Source of the DNA: Eledone cirrhosa
Lineage: Eukaryota
Direction: 5' to 3'
Assembly (NCBI GenBank): GCA_964016885.1
Contig: OZ024745.1
Coordinates: 125,364,001 to 125,428,000, forward strand
Length of the DNA: 64,000 bases
The translations under genes were made by a program, and so were the position numbers. Under the pieces are notes generated by a model. It was not told the origin of the DNA. It ran no database searches and saw nothing but the letters and a program-made list of their open reading frames with translations. Shown here piece by piece: positions 1-16,747 of the stretch (its first letter is position 1; every line of letters starts with the position of its first letter).

Positions 1-195
1 GGTTTATTTTCGTATCACTTTTCTACTCTGTCAAATGCAAATTTGCCCCAAAGTGCCAAATAGACTATTCTTGCTATGTTGTTGTCACATCTCTTATATA
101 CTTTCTGAACTGGTGGTGTGCATTCACTGCCATAGATTTTCTCCATTCATGCCACAAATTCTACTCTTATAACTTTCTGCTGTTTTAAGAATTCC
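1..195 (-). pseudogene. Decayed R4/Dong-clade LINE fragment (CCHC region upstream of the restriction-like endonuclease)
   Basis: The minus strand reads approximately TAESYKSRICGMNGE..GSECTPPVQKVYKRCDNNIARIVYLALWGKFAFDRVEK. This resembles the CRxCG..E...H..SEC..LAQ.EYKRRHD..AR.VHW pattern of R4/Dong elements. It is frameshifted. Confidence 0.6.
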
Positions 196-490
196 ATAGG
201 GGTTAAAGTTTGTAGTAAGATCAAGGACAAGTGATGTATTAGAAAACATGGTGGGGTTCCAAATAACTGATGTTGGAGTTTAGAAGTCAATAAAATACTA
301 ATATAACTAGGTAACATCTTCAGCCACAAAACAGAGCAATTCTGCCCATAAAACAGAGGAATTAGAAGATATACAAATACTGGGACTTGCATCGCTGGGA
401 CTCACTGGCATCGATTAAATTGACTTCCCCTCCCAAAAAAATTGCTGGCCTTGTGTCTAAATCAGAACCATTATTATTATTATTATTATA

Positions 491-650
491 AGGCAGTGGA
501 TTGGCAGTATCGGTAGAGGGTCGGATGCCATGCTTTGACGCATTGAGTTCAAATCCTGCTGAGGTTAACTTTGCCTTTCATCCTTACGGGATCGATAAAA
601 TAAAGTACCAGTAATGTACTGTTTAATTGCTGGCCTTGTGCCAAAATTAA
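491..650 (+). mobile_element. tRNA-derived SINE, family A (Meta-domain-like core)
   Basis: Head aggcagtggattggcagtatcggtagag, B-box-like gagttcaaatcc, core gcctttcatccttacgggatcgataaaataaagtaccag, tail ggccttgtgccaaaa followed by (att)n. More than ten further copies occur in the window. Confidence 0.85.
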
Positions 651-693
<43 letters not shown>

Positions 694-869
694 TGTGATG
701 AAGAGGATGACGATGGAAACAATGACAATATGGACAGTGATTATGATGATGATGATGAAAGAAATATTTGCGTTTGCTTTGTTTTCTATTTTTTCTTTAT
801 TATATTTTTCTAGACATTCTCTACAACTGACAAAATCAATTGTTCTTATATTATTTTTTAATATCCGTA

Positions 870-900
870 AGTATGTATATATATATATATATCTATAAAT

Positions 901-933
<33 letters not shown>

Positions 934-1131
934 CATATATGTGTGTGTGTTTGTGTGTGTGTGTGTGTATATATATATACACACACACATATGTATATAT
1001 ATATATACATATGTGTGTGTATGTATATATATATACATATATATATAAATATGTATCTATATATATATATATATATACCTATATATACAAATATGTATGT
1101 ATATATATATATATACATATATATATATACG

Positions 1132-1180
<49 letters not shown>

Positions 1181-1199
1181 GTATGTATATATATATATG

Positions 1200-1242
<43 letters not shown>

Positions 1243-1648
1243 ATATATATATACATATATATGTATATATATATACATATATATGTATGTATATATATAT
1301 ATACATATATATGTATGTATATATATATATACATATATATGTATGTATATATATATATACATATATATATATGTATGTATATATATATACATATATATGT
1401 ATATATATACATATATATGTATGTATATATATATATATACATATATATATGTATGTATATATATATACATATATATGTATGTATATATATATATACATAT
1501 ATATGTATGTATATATATATATATACATATATATGTATGTATATATATATACATATACATGTATGTATGTATATATATACATATATATATATATGTATGT
1601 ATATATATACATATATATATATGTATGTATATATATATATATATATGT
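870..1648. repeat. Compound (TA)n/(TG)n/(TATG)n microsatellite
   Basis: Directly visible; it accounts for the YI-repeat ORFs in all six frames. Confidence 0.97.
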
Positions 1649-1756
1649 AAAATTTCAGGTTATCAATAATGTAGTGATAATATATCGTTACGTTAGAGAT
1701 GAACAGCTTACGTGTAGGTTTGCTCAACGAGTATAAATTATATTCCGGAGAAAATG

Positions 1757-2769
1757 TAGAAAAGATGAATATAAAATGAAACTGCTTTTTTTAAAAAGGA
1801 ATTTATTAGGTATTAACATATGTTTCTGTAACAGACGGAATACCTATGTATTGCTGCTTGCGTAATTATATAATGTTAGCAAGTATTCGATAGCAAATGT
1901 ATAATCAGTTGTCACTTCTTCAGAGATTTTGGATAAATTGGATAAAATCATAAAAATTGAAGTATTTATATTAGTAATAGAGGAAGAAGAGAGGGGATAG
2001 TATATGACAGATGGTAATTCAATTAACTGCTAAACAAGTATATATAGGGTTTCTAATGAGAATACCATGAGTAAAAGGTTCATTTTATCTAAATAAGAAT
2101 TTTTGGGAGTGCCAATTTTAATCTCTACTTGACCAACTGGACAGTGAACAGGGCTGGTCATTTGGTGTAGTAGTATTAATTATAAAGTGTCAATTGGGGA
2201 AGGGGGAGATTTTGGTTGCTACTGAATAACATCAATGCTAGTAGCCAGCTGGTATATGCATTAGGGAATTGAATTAAGAAATCAGAAATCTCATTTTATC
2301 TATAGCAGTTTATATTAAATGGTGAATAATAGAAGAGTTGATAGAATTAAGACTAATAGAGAATGTTAATATCTATTTTGACAATCAAACGGAGATAGAG
2401 ACAATTAAAATTGGCACTCCCAAAAATTCTTATTTAGATAAAATGAAGCTTTTACTCATGGTATTCTCATTAGAAACCCTATATATACTTGTTTAGCAGT
2501 TAATTGAATTACCATCTGTCATATACTATCTCCTCTCTTCTTCCTCTATTACTAATATAAATACTTCAATTTTTAAGATTTTATCCAATTTATCCAAAAT
2601 CTCTGAAGAAGTGACAACTGATTATACATTTGCTATCGAATACTTTCTAACATTATATAATTACGCAAGCAGCGATACATAGGTATTCCGTCTGTTACAG
2701 AAACATATGTCAATACCTAATAAATTCCTTTTTAAAAAAAGCACTTTCATTTTATATTCATCTTTTCTA
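1757..2769. repeat. 366-bp inverted repeat (1757-2122 / 2404-2769) with a 281-bp spacer, embedded between (TA)n arrays
   Basis: Arm 1 tagaaaagatgaat...gccaattttaat is the reverse complement of arm 2 attaaaattggc...attcatcttttcta. About 7 mismatches counted by eye. Confidence 0.93.
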
Positions 2770-4655
<1,886 letters not shown>

Positions 4656-4706
4656 GAGAAACGTAAAATAAGAAAATTATAAAATTAACTTACTTACTAA
4701 AATATC

Positions 4707-4788
4707 ACTTCCAACTAATTAGTTTCTGGAATGGAGTAAATATATTTTCCGAAGAAGATATGGAAAAGCATCCCGTCGTCAGGAAAGT
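4707..4788 (-). ncRNA. Type-I hammerhead ribozyme motif in a TA-flanked probable PLE pLTR remnant (~4655-5127)
   Basis: Minus strand: acuuuc CUGACGA cgggaug...cauucca GAAA cuaauuag UU ggaagu. Stem I is 6 bp, stem II is 6 bp with a C-A mismatch at its base, and stem III is palindromic. Confidence 0.75.
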
Positions 4789-5127
4789 CTATTTTCGTGT
4801 AAGTTTCCAGGCATAGCAAGGACTCTGGAAACTTATTAAAAAAATAATTCAGAGGTAAGGAAATAGCGAAGCGTGGACTGAAATCCTAGCCATTGAGAAA
4901 ATCACTGCCTCTACGTCTGTGGCAAATTCAAAAGAATCAATCACGTGACATCGAGCTCAATCAGTGGAAAGCGAGTTGTTAATAAGACAGCGCCTGCCTA
5001 CTACCATAGCAGCAGTCATGGCCAATATTGCGCGACAAATGATTTGGAGATAATTATAAAGAATTTATATCTAGTAACATTTATATACATACAGATGCAT
5101 ATCAATGCTAGCAAATATATAGGTTAT

Positions 5128-5159
<32 letters not shown>

Positions 5160-5171
5160 ATATATATATAC

Positions 5172-5220
<49 letters not shown>

Positions 5221-5241
5221 CATATATACATATATATATAC

Positions 5242-5288
<47 letters not shown>

Positions 5289-5321
5289 CATATATACATA
5301 TACATATATATATATATACAT

Positions 5322-5575
5322 ATCATCATCATCATCATCATCGTTTAACGTCCATATTCCACGCTTGCATGGGTTTGGATGGGAGTTTCCCCACTTGAGG
5401 CAAGATTGGTTATCTTGCTCGCATAGGACTGTCTGGCAGGTTTTCTACGGCTGGATACCCTTCCCAACACCAACCACGTTTACAGTCTGGACTGGGAGGT
5501 TTTTTACCGTGTAACCTACACGGCCACATTACAGCGTGGACTGTGTGTTTTTTTGTGGTGACACCTACACGACCT
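5322..5575 (-). mobile_element. SINE 3' part with RTE-like tail and (GAT)n end
   Basis: The minus strand contains ggttggtgttgggaagggtatccagccgtagaaa and ends aacccatgcaagcgtggaatatggacgttaaacgatgatgat. It is homologous to 11690-11960 and 16910-17050. Confidence 0.7.
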
Positions 5576-5713
5576 CATTTGTTTCGGAATGGATGTTGTG
5601 CTACCAACATAACTTTACATTTAAAGGGATGGTGTGGATGGGGTGGGGGTAGTGGGACGGGGGTGTATTTTTGTTAGAGGTGCCTACTGACTGTAGTAGG
5701 TTTCACTTTGTAC

Positions 5714-6118
5714 TTAGGTAAGGCGGGTCTTCTGTATTACTGTGTAGCGCCAAAGATCTCGGTCCAGTGACATTGTCTTGGAGAGGTGTAAGTGTGTGAG
5801 GCCGGAATTTATCAAGTCGTCCCAGGTTTTTCTGGGTCTGCCTACTCCGTGGCTACCGTCTATTTTTATTGCCCTACAGCTGTCGTCTTTCATGCGCATC
5901 ACGTGACCATACCAACCTAGTCTTCTCTCCAGTAAACAACATCTGATCCCTCTTATTTCTAATTTTTCCCTTAGTTCGTTTATGCTTTGCCGTGCACGTA
6001 TACTACTATTACACATCCAGCGGAGCATACATGCTTCGTTCCTCTCCAGTCTGCGTATATCATCTGCACACAATGCCGAGGTCTCACTGCCATGTAATAT
6101 TGCTGTTCGTATGCAGGC
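5714..6118 (-). pseudogene. RTE-clade LINE 3' fragment (post-RT region)
   Basis: [58 protein letters not shown] matches RTE C-terminal motifs. It is truncated at the (TA)n array. Confidence 0.85.
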
Positions 6119-6890
<772 letters not shown>

Positions 6891-6902
6891 ACATCTATAT
6901 AT

Positions 6903-7312
6903 CTATCTATCTAAGGCGGGTAAAATTCCCGAGATCCATGGACGAGTTCTCTCCAGCGGTCTCTGTCCCTCATTATCACTGCCATATCCTGCATCTCCAA
7001 CAGACCAGTGTCTGTCCTTAGGGCATCAACATATGTTAACCTTGGTCTTCCTCTTCTAGTGTGTCCATGTAGGGGCTCCCAAAGGAGAACTGAGTGCAAT
7101 GTATGGGTCTGAGACTTGGACACTGACCAAGAGACTCACTCAGATGGTGGATGGGTGCTACACGAGAATGCTGAGGATGGCTGAACATTAATCAGTATAC
7201 ACTGAGGATGAAAAACTCAGAGCTGTATGGAAGCATCCCAAAAGTCAGCTCAAAAGTGACACAGAGGAGACTGAGGTTGGCTGGACATGCTCACCGACAT
7301 CCAGAGTTGACA
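6903..7312 (-). mobile_element. RTE-clade LINE 3' end with an inverted 5' segment (7100-7312 on +)
   Basis: The + strand 7100-7312 reads YGSETWTLTK...[16 protein letters not shown]. The minus strand 7102-6911 continues [26 protein letters not shown]...WR to a stop, then a (TAGA)n tail. Confidence 0.85.
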
Positions 7313-8705
<1,393 letters not shown>

Positions 8706-8843
8706 GAGGTGCAATTGGTTCCGATTCCAGAGTCAGAAACAAACATTATTCAATCGTTCCTTGAGCTGATTAGCCGTGAAATATATGTAATATGTAATTA
8801 GATATGTATATGATGGAATACTGATTCTTTGTTCCCATTTATC

Positions 8844-8900
<57 letters not shown>

Positions 8901-9294
8901 TTATATATATATTATTTTTCTGAGAAATATTTGATATGTGGTAATTTGCTTTTCAACAAAAGCAATTCATTTGTTTCATTTGGGAATAATTTAGTTATTT
9001 CTGAAATTTAAATGTTACTTATCGACAACTATTTTTATTGCTCCTACTATCAGTATCAATTATGATACTCAATTTACCTATCTATCAGATTATACATTAA
9101 GTAAATAGACAAGCTATCTCTTTTCTTTAGCTTTTCTTGTCATCATCTCTACCATTTTAATTCCTGCCTTTTCATGCATTCTTTGGTTCACAGATGCTCT
9201 CCATGATCCTCTTTTCTTTCCTATATTATCTTCTTTATTATTTGATTTATCATCTCCTTTATCATCTTCTTTATCATCTTCTTTCTGAGATTCA

Positions 9295-9436
9295 GTCTTC
9301 CTTGCTTCCATGATGTCCTTCTAATTGGAACTTCTGTCACTTCTGCAAGTCAACAATTTCCATCCATTCCTGTGCAATCTTCTCTCCTGCACATTACATC
9401 TGATTCCTCTTATATTCTGTTTTTCTCTCAACTCAT
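9295..9436 (-). pseudogene. Degraded RTE LINE fragment
   Basis: The minus strand ELREKQNIRGIRCNVQERRL matches the same segment in the 5714-6118 and 13340-13890 RTE copies. Confidence 0.65.
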
Positions 9437-9476
9437 TAAATTAATGTGCAAGGGATTAAGAATTCCATAGATACAT

Positions 9477-9690
9477 GCATTTAAACTTGCCATATCTGGC
9501 CAGAATTCTCTCACCTCTTTCTGTTCAGAGTAGCTGTAACTGGCCACTCATAATTATGTTAAGTTATTGTTCTCAAAATAAATAATATCAAAATCTCATA
9601 GATTGGATATTATGTGAGATAATAATGTGAAGTGAAGCCTTTACCATGAAAATATAGTAGTAAATATAGAGTAATGTAAATGCTAAAGGG
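9477..9690 (+). mobile_element. piggyBac-type MITE, left end eroded
   Basis: Homologous along its length to 16263-16481. The right end is aatgctaaaggg followed by TTAA. Confidence 0.6.
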
Positions 9691-9699
9691 TTAATGTAA

Positions 9700-9900
9700 T
9701 TCTTAGGGAGATTCAACATGACATGATGGCTGACAAGGCTGGCCCTTTGAATTATTGGTACAATTCAGATTTGTTAGCTGAGCAGACCTGAACCACATAA
9801 AATAAAATATTTTGCTCAGGGTCACAACATGTTGCCAAGAATCAAATTCATTACTGTTTGATTGTGAAACAGACATTCTAACCACTAAGCAATGCACCTT
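9700..9900 (-). mobile_element. tRNA-derived CORE-type SINE (family B), degraded
   Basis: Reverse complement of the family-B head and core (gtggttagaatg...gtgaccctgagcaaaatattttatttta); also contains gacaaggctggccctttgaatta. Confidence 0.65.
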
Positions 9901-10014
9901 CGCTATGGTAAAGTGAAATTCATTAGAAATGTATGTTATACTGAGACAAGAGCTCCTTGAATAGACCATGTAAATAATTCTGGTCAATATATAGGTTTTT
10001 AGACAAAATATAGG

Positions 10015-10490
10015 CGTGTGGCTTTTTGTGATTAGGGATTTTGGCTCATGATCGTAATGTCGGGAGTTCAGCAGTGCATTGGGTGCTTAAACACGACACT
10101 TTATTTCACATTGCTCTAGTCCATTCAGCTGGCAAAGATGAGTTGTACCTGTAATTCAAATGGCTAGCCTTGTCACATTCTGTTTCACATTGAATCTCCC
10201 TGAAAACTACATTAAAGGTATGCTTGTTTGTTGAATGCTCAGTTACTTGCACATTCATTTCATAGGCAGTGGATTGGCAGTATCGGTAGAGCATCAGACA
10301 CTATGCTTTGCAGCATAGAGTTATGGCCTTTATGTTCTGAGTTTAACTTTGCCTTTCATCTTTACAGGGTCGATAAAATAAAGCACCAGAAATGCACTGG
10401 GGTCATTGCTGGCCTTGTGCCAAAAGTAGAAACAATTAATTTCATGAGCAGGGTGTTCCGTTGATCATATCAACAGGAATACTAGTCATC
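10015..10490 (+). mobile_element. Family-B CORE-type SINE interrupted by a family-A SINE (10264-10436)
   Basis: The family-B body (actttatttcacattgctctagtccattcagctggc...) stops at cattcatttcat and resumes at attaatttcatgagcagggtgttccgttgatc after a family-A copy. The junction sequence is duplicated like a TSD. Confidence 0.75.
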
Positions 10491-11689
10491 AGTGTGCTGC
10501 AAAAGTCTCTACCAACATCTAATTTATCAAGTGTAGTCTATCTATTCAAAACATAGTCTCTCTTGACAAAATATTGTATCTCCAGTTAACATATAGTCTT
10601 TCGAGACAACATATAATCTATGTTTTTAACATCTATCTTGATCACATAGAAGAATTGCAGAAGGTTCTGATAAATTGATTTACTGAGAAGATTGAAATAT
10701 CTAACATTTCCAGTATTTATTTGAAATTTAAGACGTTAGAGAAAATACTTCTGAATTAATTATTAGTGTGTAAATGAAGAAGGTAATGCAGTGATAGAGA
10801 AATTTGAGGGGGGGGGGGGGTCATCATCATCATCATCATCATCAGGTGTTGTGGTAGAAAACATGGGGTCAGATGAACTGAAGTTGGAGTTTTAAAGTCA
10901 ATAAAATACTAATATAACTGGGTAACATCTTCAGCCACAAAACAGAGCAATTCTGCCCATAACACAAAGGAGTAGAAGATATACAAATACTGGGACTTGG
11001 CCGACTACTTCCTTGTTCTGCAGGTTGTCAACAAACAGTTCCATATTCTTGGTCACTGAACTGTCAATTTCCTCTGCAAAATTGGAAGGTGTGCATCTTA
11101 CCTGAAGATTGAACACTGTGCAGTGAAGTAGGTGATGCTGGCCATTCCCCACAGCATTAATTTTGCCATAATTTCCCTGGTTTGCAGCTGAGTTATATCT
11201 CCAGTACCTTAATCATTTAATTTTTTTTTATGTTTTCTCTCTTACTAAAATTATTTATTTTTGCTTTACAATCAGGTTTTCGGTTTATCTAATCAACATC
11301 TGTCTGGTCAAACAAATCAAAATCTTATTAACATTTATCTAGTGGAAATAATGAGTTTTAGTCTTCTGTTCACATCTAATGCATTAGTTCCATTCACACC
11401 ACTGATGCATTAATGGAATATTAGTAAAGGGCCATAACTCATTCTTCACACATTAGTATTATCATCCAACAGAGTATGTTTGATTCACCACCTGATGGTA
11501 TGTGTTTGCTGCTATGACTATGAGTAATGAAGTCATTCAAGGGCATAAAAATTTGCTTGATGATCATATGTCTGACAATTATTATGTTGAATTAATACAG
11601 ATGCACAGACCCATCCTATATATATATATATATATGGGTACAAGCCGAAGCTGAAATATATAGACAGTATGCCCCCTCCCCCACACACA

Positions 11690-11968
11690 CACTGTAAAGT
11701 GGTCTGTAGGTGTCACAACAAAAATCACCAAGTCCACACTGTAAAGTTGTCCTGTAGGTGCCATGGTAAAAAAGCACCTGATACTCACTGTAAATGAGGT
11801 TGGTGTTAGGAAGGGCATCCAGCTGTAGAAATCAAGCCAAAATCAGTTCCGTATGAGCAAGACATGGTCACCTGACCTGGCATTGCCCACAACAGCACAA
11901 TCTATCTAACCCATGCTAGCATGGAAGAATGAACGTAAAATGGTGATGATGATGAATATGATGATGAT
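11690..11968 (+). mobile_element. SINE 3' part with RTE-like tail and (GAT)n end
   Basis: aatgaggttggtgttaggaagggcatccagctgtagaaa...aacccatgctagcatggaagaatgaacgtaaaatggtgatgatgat. Confidence 0.7.
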
Positions 11969-12064
11969 ATATACTAATTTAAAGTATCACAACATATATA
12001 CGTATGATGCTTGTGTTTCTCAGTAGAAAAGCTCAATGAACATTTTCCCAGAGCTTCAATAATT

Positions 12065-12250
12065 CATCAACTTCTCTACCTGCTTCAGTGGAACTCCATT
12101 CATATGTAGAGTGCACTGTGCAGGCTTTCTTCAGAGGAAAAGTGTCTCAGTTTCCTCAGAACTGATTATCATCCCTACCATGCAGCAGCATCAAACCTAT
12201 CGTGTGGAAGTCGGAGATCACACAATGTCAAGTGAAGTAACACCATCTCA
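12065..12250 (-). pseudogene. Degraded RTE RT fragment
   Basis: The minus strand DRFDAAA..MIISSEETETLFL.RKPAQCTLHMNGVPLKQVEK resembles the RTE GMKIS..KTE...C.L.V.G..L.QVE.FKYLG segment. Confidence 0.55.
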
Positions 12251-12327
12251 TCTCAAAATTCCAGCCGACGGATTTTACACCCACCAGTCATGTTATCACT
12301 TCCAATCTGGCTGTTCATGTAAATAAT

Positions 12328-12507
12328 TGTTTCTACTTTAGGCACAAGGCCAGAAATTACCCAGTGCATTACTGGTACTTTATTTTATCGACCCCGTAAG
12401 GATGAAAGGCAAAGTCAACCTTGGCGGGATTTGATCTCAGATCGTAAAGGGACGTAACTATGCTGGAAAGCATGGCGTCCGACCCTCTACCGATACTGCC
12501 AATCCAC
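12328..12507 (-). mobile_element. Family-A SINE with a 17-bp target-site duplication
   Basis: Full reverse-complement copy flanked by ctgttcatgtaaataat at 12311-12327 and 12508-12524. Confidence 0.9.
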
Positions 12508-13339
12508 CTGTTCATGTAAATAATGAATAGGAGATGTAACAGGCATTTAACATTTAAAATAATTTTATACATTTTTATTAATCATGATTGGTGGATGCTG
12601 CTATAGCAAACATCTTTATTATTGCATTGATATAATTTTCTATTTGTATATATATATTATTATCATAACCATTACTCTATTTTTGTTGTTTATACTATAC
12701 TTTTCAATTAATTCATAAGTGCTTGGATTTAATCAGTATAAGTTCTTTTTCAGATTTATTCTTATAATAGAATTATTGTTTGGAAAGTTAAATTGAAAAA
12801 ATAAATGCTGAATCAATAATAAAGAGTATGTCTATATATTGTTTTTACTTCTTTATGCTGTTTCCTTTTTTTGTTTACTGCTTTGTTAGTTATTGCTACA
12901 TCTTTTTACATTAAGTGATAGAAAATTGAATTGCAATTTTGTAATATTTATATCACTAACTTTTGAATACTGGAAATATTAAAATTCCTGGACTTTCACC
13001 AAAATACAACTAAGAATTAATGATGTAAATTAATACATTCTAGCAGATTACTTTCATTGGTTACATTCCATGATGAAGATGTTTTCATCAGATGATTTAT
13101 GATCACCAACTGTAACAACAAAGACTTTTCTAACAAACAGAAGTTTATGTAAACTATATATTTTTCTCTAAATCAAGGAAGCTAAAACACAAAATAAAAC
13201 CATGTAGTTTATTTAATTTCTAGGTCTTTTCTTTTTATTATTGGTCAGAGTTTGGCATTTAAGATACATACATAATATATAAGACATAGATATGTCTGAA
13301 TAGGTAAGAAGTTTCACAAATATGAATTCACATATTCAA

Positions 13340-13890
13340 TCTATAGTATCTAGAATAAGGACAGGTTGGAAGAAGTTTCGGGAGTTGCTTACTCTGTTGA
13401 CAAAGAAGGATTTCTCCCTGCATACAAAAGGCCGGTTATATGATGCCTGTGTGAGATGCATGGTAGTGAGACATGAGCAGCAACTGCAGAAGATATGCGA
13501 CGGCTGGAGAGAAATGAAGCAAGCATGCTCCGTTGGAATGTCAATGTGCATGAATGACCAAGCATAGATTAGTTGAGAGAGAAACTGTGTATAAGAGGAG
13601 TAAGTTGTAGTTTGCAGGAGAGAAGACTGTGATGGTATGGACATGTGATGCGCATGGAGGATGACCACTAGGTAAAGAAGTGCCAAGAAATCCCATAGAA
13701 GGAAGACACAGTAGAGGAAGACCACGAGAAACATGGGCAGAGGTAGTGAGAGCTGACCTCAGATTGCTGAAGCTCACCGAGGAGATGAAGAAAGACTGTG
13801 ACAAGTGGAGAGATGCTGTGCTGAAAAGGGCCCATCCCACCCTTGCAAGCAGAGAAAAGCGGATGTAAAATGATGATGATGATGATGAAT
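13340..13890 (+). pseudogene. RTE-clade LINE 3' fragment with (GAT)n tail
   Basis: RIRTGWKKFRELL..L...[40 protein letters not shown]. Ends cccatcccacccttgcaagcagagaaaagcggatgtaaaatgatgatgat. Confidence 0.88.
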
Positions 13891-16262
13891 CGCCGGGGGC
13901 TTGAGAGCAAAATTAGCTAGATGGAAACTGTGTTTAAGCTCATCATAGTTGATTATATAAATTCCAGTGCTTATTTCATCAACATATAAATATTTTGTTG
14001 AACCTAGTCTAGGCAAAATGGACCTGGGCAGGAACACATCTAAGTATTGCAAGATATTTTGTCTGATACTCTACTACTTTATCTATTTAATAACCAAAAT
14101 ATTCAAATTTCTTTATATTCTTTCCATGTTTCTTACCTGTTTTGTGTGCTGGCATGGTCAATAAATTTGCTATTATAATAGGAAATGGATTGAGGGAATT
14201 ATCAAATTGTCAAAAAAAATGCTTAGTGTTATTTGCTTAAAAGTTTTATGTTCTGCATTCAAATATCTTTAAGGATCCATCTACATTTTATGTTTCAAAC
14301 ACACGCTGTCAATTTGAACGTCTCTTCCCACCTTTGAAATTTCAGGTCTCTGATGTTAGAAATGATTGCTACTTATTATAATATAGTTAAGTTAAAATTA
14401 AAATTTATCCCCAGAGCAGGGGCTTATGAGGCTCTAACTTTTCCTAATTTCATTTGAGGTAAATGAAGGAGTAAATGTTTTTCTCCTGGATGGGGTGTCA
14501 GTCTAATCCAGGGTAAACCTCCCAGCTGCTGCTGCTAAGTTTCCTTTTTTCAGGTATGTTGACAAGAATATCTGAATAAAGTGTCAAATAAAAACACCTA
14601 GTGATATTTGCTTAAGAGGTTTATAGTCTGCATTCAAATATCTTTAAGGATACATCTACATTTCATTCTTTCAGAGTCCATATGTGTTCCAAACACATGC
14701 TGTCAATTTGAACATCTCTTGCCACCAAGGACACAACCCCCACCCCCACCCACACACACACACTGTGAATTAACCCACAATATTAATATTTTAATTCGAT
14801 GAGGTAATAGCTTGATCCATCTTATATTGTTGTGCTTTTAAGATTCAGCTCCTCTTCATTTGATAATGCAAAATATGTGAGTCAGTGCTTTACTTATTAA
14901 AAATAGCAATCAAATCCCCCTTAAATTACATCTTTTGATCTTCAAAGAAGAGAAATGTATTGAATAACATAGTCTTAAATATACCTAACAGAAGAACAAG
15001 GTAACCATAGCTGAACATCTTTGATGATATATCTGTCCAATCATGACAAGCATAGAAGTAAACAACAACAACAAAAGTAACATTCTTTTAAAATGAAATT
15101 TCAAATATTTTAGCAATTCTTTATCCAAAGAATTCTTGGATGCTCCAAAGTTTTGGAGTGGATCTGAATTAATCAAAATAAATTATTTTGATAGTTCTAT
15201 CCATTTTTCCTTCTGTGAGATGAGGGAAAAATTATTTCATAACGAACTACTTCATAGCAATAATAATTAAAATCCAACCATATATTCATATATAATATAT
15301 TTGTTTAATAATAATGAGGATGATAACAATCATAAAATTCCAATCACAACTGCATATTTTGATCTTAGCTGGATTTCATCTGTATGGTGCTTTAGATATA
15401 ATTGTTCATATGATACAATTCTGCAGTAGAATTTTAATTATTATTTCTATGCTATGAAGTAGCTAAGTGTGCAATAGATTCTCTTCCTCACAAAAACAAA
15501 ATTGAACATGGTGACGATGATGGTGTTGTTGTTGTTGTTGTTGTAGGTCATGCTGGTGGTTGTGGTGGTGGAGTTGGTGTTGGTGGTGGGGTGATGTGGG
15601 GGTGGGCATGAGATGATATTTTATAATTTATAGTGAAAATAAGTTTATTGAACTTTTAGGAGTAATAAAATATTTAAGAAACTGTAACTTTTCAGGTGTC
15701 ATATGTAAAAGTTAATATTTTGTTATTAACAGAATTTGATCCTTTTATATATTAGTTCCTTCATTTTTTTTTTTTTTTTCAATGCCTGAAGTTATGTTTT
15801 GAATTGATTTTGGTTCTGATTTTACTTTTGCACTTGAACGTAATCATAGATATTTAATTAAATCATGCCTTTCTCATATATTACATGATTTTTATTTTCT
15901 TTCAATTTCAAAAATCAAATAACATACATTGATTTGATAATGCTAATAAAAGCATATTTCAAGAATCATTGACACGATAGAAAATGTCATGTTTAATCTC
16001 CGTTTTCTAGATCTCAAAATTAAACTATTTCTTTTTGTTATAGGATAAGGCAGAGAAAAATATGGGGAGGAGGTTTCCAGTAAATCATTAAATACATTAT
16101 AATTGGTTGGCAATGGCATTGGTTGATTTTAAGAGATTTATCAGAAATGAATGAAAGACTAAATAGTGATGAAATAAAAAACAGGAACATGACACACTGA
16201 ATTGCATTTAAGCCTTCATTACTAAAAGCAAAATATAATGGAATGGACATCAGTTGGTTTAA

Positions 16263-16481
16263 CCCTTTAATGTTCAAACCGGCCAGAATTCTCTACCTCT
16301 TTCTGTTTAAACTGGCTGTAACTGGCCACTCATACCGATGTTAAGGTATTGTTCTTAAAATAAATACCTTCAAAATCTCATAGATTCGATATTATGTGAG
16401 ATAATTATGCGAGGTATAGCCTTTACCATGAAAATATAATATATATGAAAGTATATATAGAATAATGTGAATGCTAAAGGG
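16263..16481 (+). mobile_element. piggyBac-type MITE
   Basis: TTAA|ccctttaatgttca ... tgaatgctaaaggg|TTCA: imperfect TIRs starting CCC and ending GGG with a TTAA-like TSD. A second copy lies at 9477-9690. Confidence 0.65.
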
Positions 16482-16747
16482 TTCAACAATGAATGTCCTA
16501 GTTTTTTATCAATGGAAGGTAAGACACAAGTGGATGCACATTCCCAACATAGGTATTCTTAATGTAATTCAGCATGACAATGTATGTGACAAAGCTGGGC
16601 TCTTTGAATTAAACTTGAAGTTTAGTCATGAGCAAACCATTGCTCATGTCTTGACTGCAGTAGTTTGGCTTTCTAAAATGTATGCCAAATTTTGAAATTG
16701 TCTTGAATGTTTTATTTGTGCAGCCTGCTTTATGATTAATCACATCT

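Noticed and set aside
491-570. tRNA genes at SINE heads
   Set aside because: A/B-box-like motifs are present, but there is no cloverleaf and each head continues into a SINE body.
9114-9311. Charged 65-aa ORF (MEARKTESQKEDDK...) as a host exon
   Set aside because: It begins inside a decayed RTE fragment and continues through low-complexity purine-rich sequence, with no splice or homology support.
14205-14725. ~130-bp imperfect direct repeat pair
   Set aside because: Both copies look like old degraded SINE bodies; this is an ordinary local duplication or two insertions.
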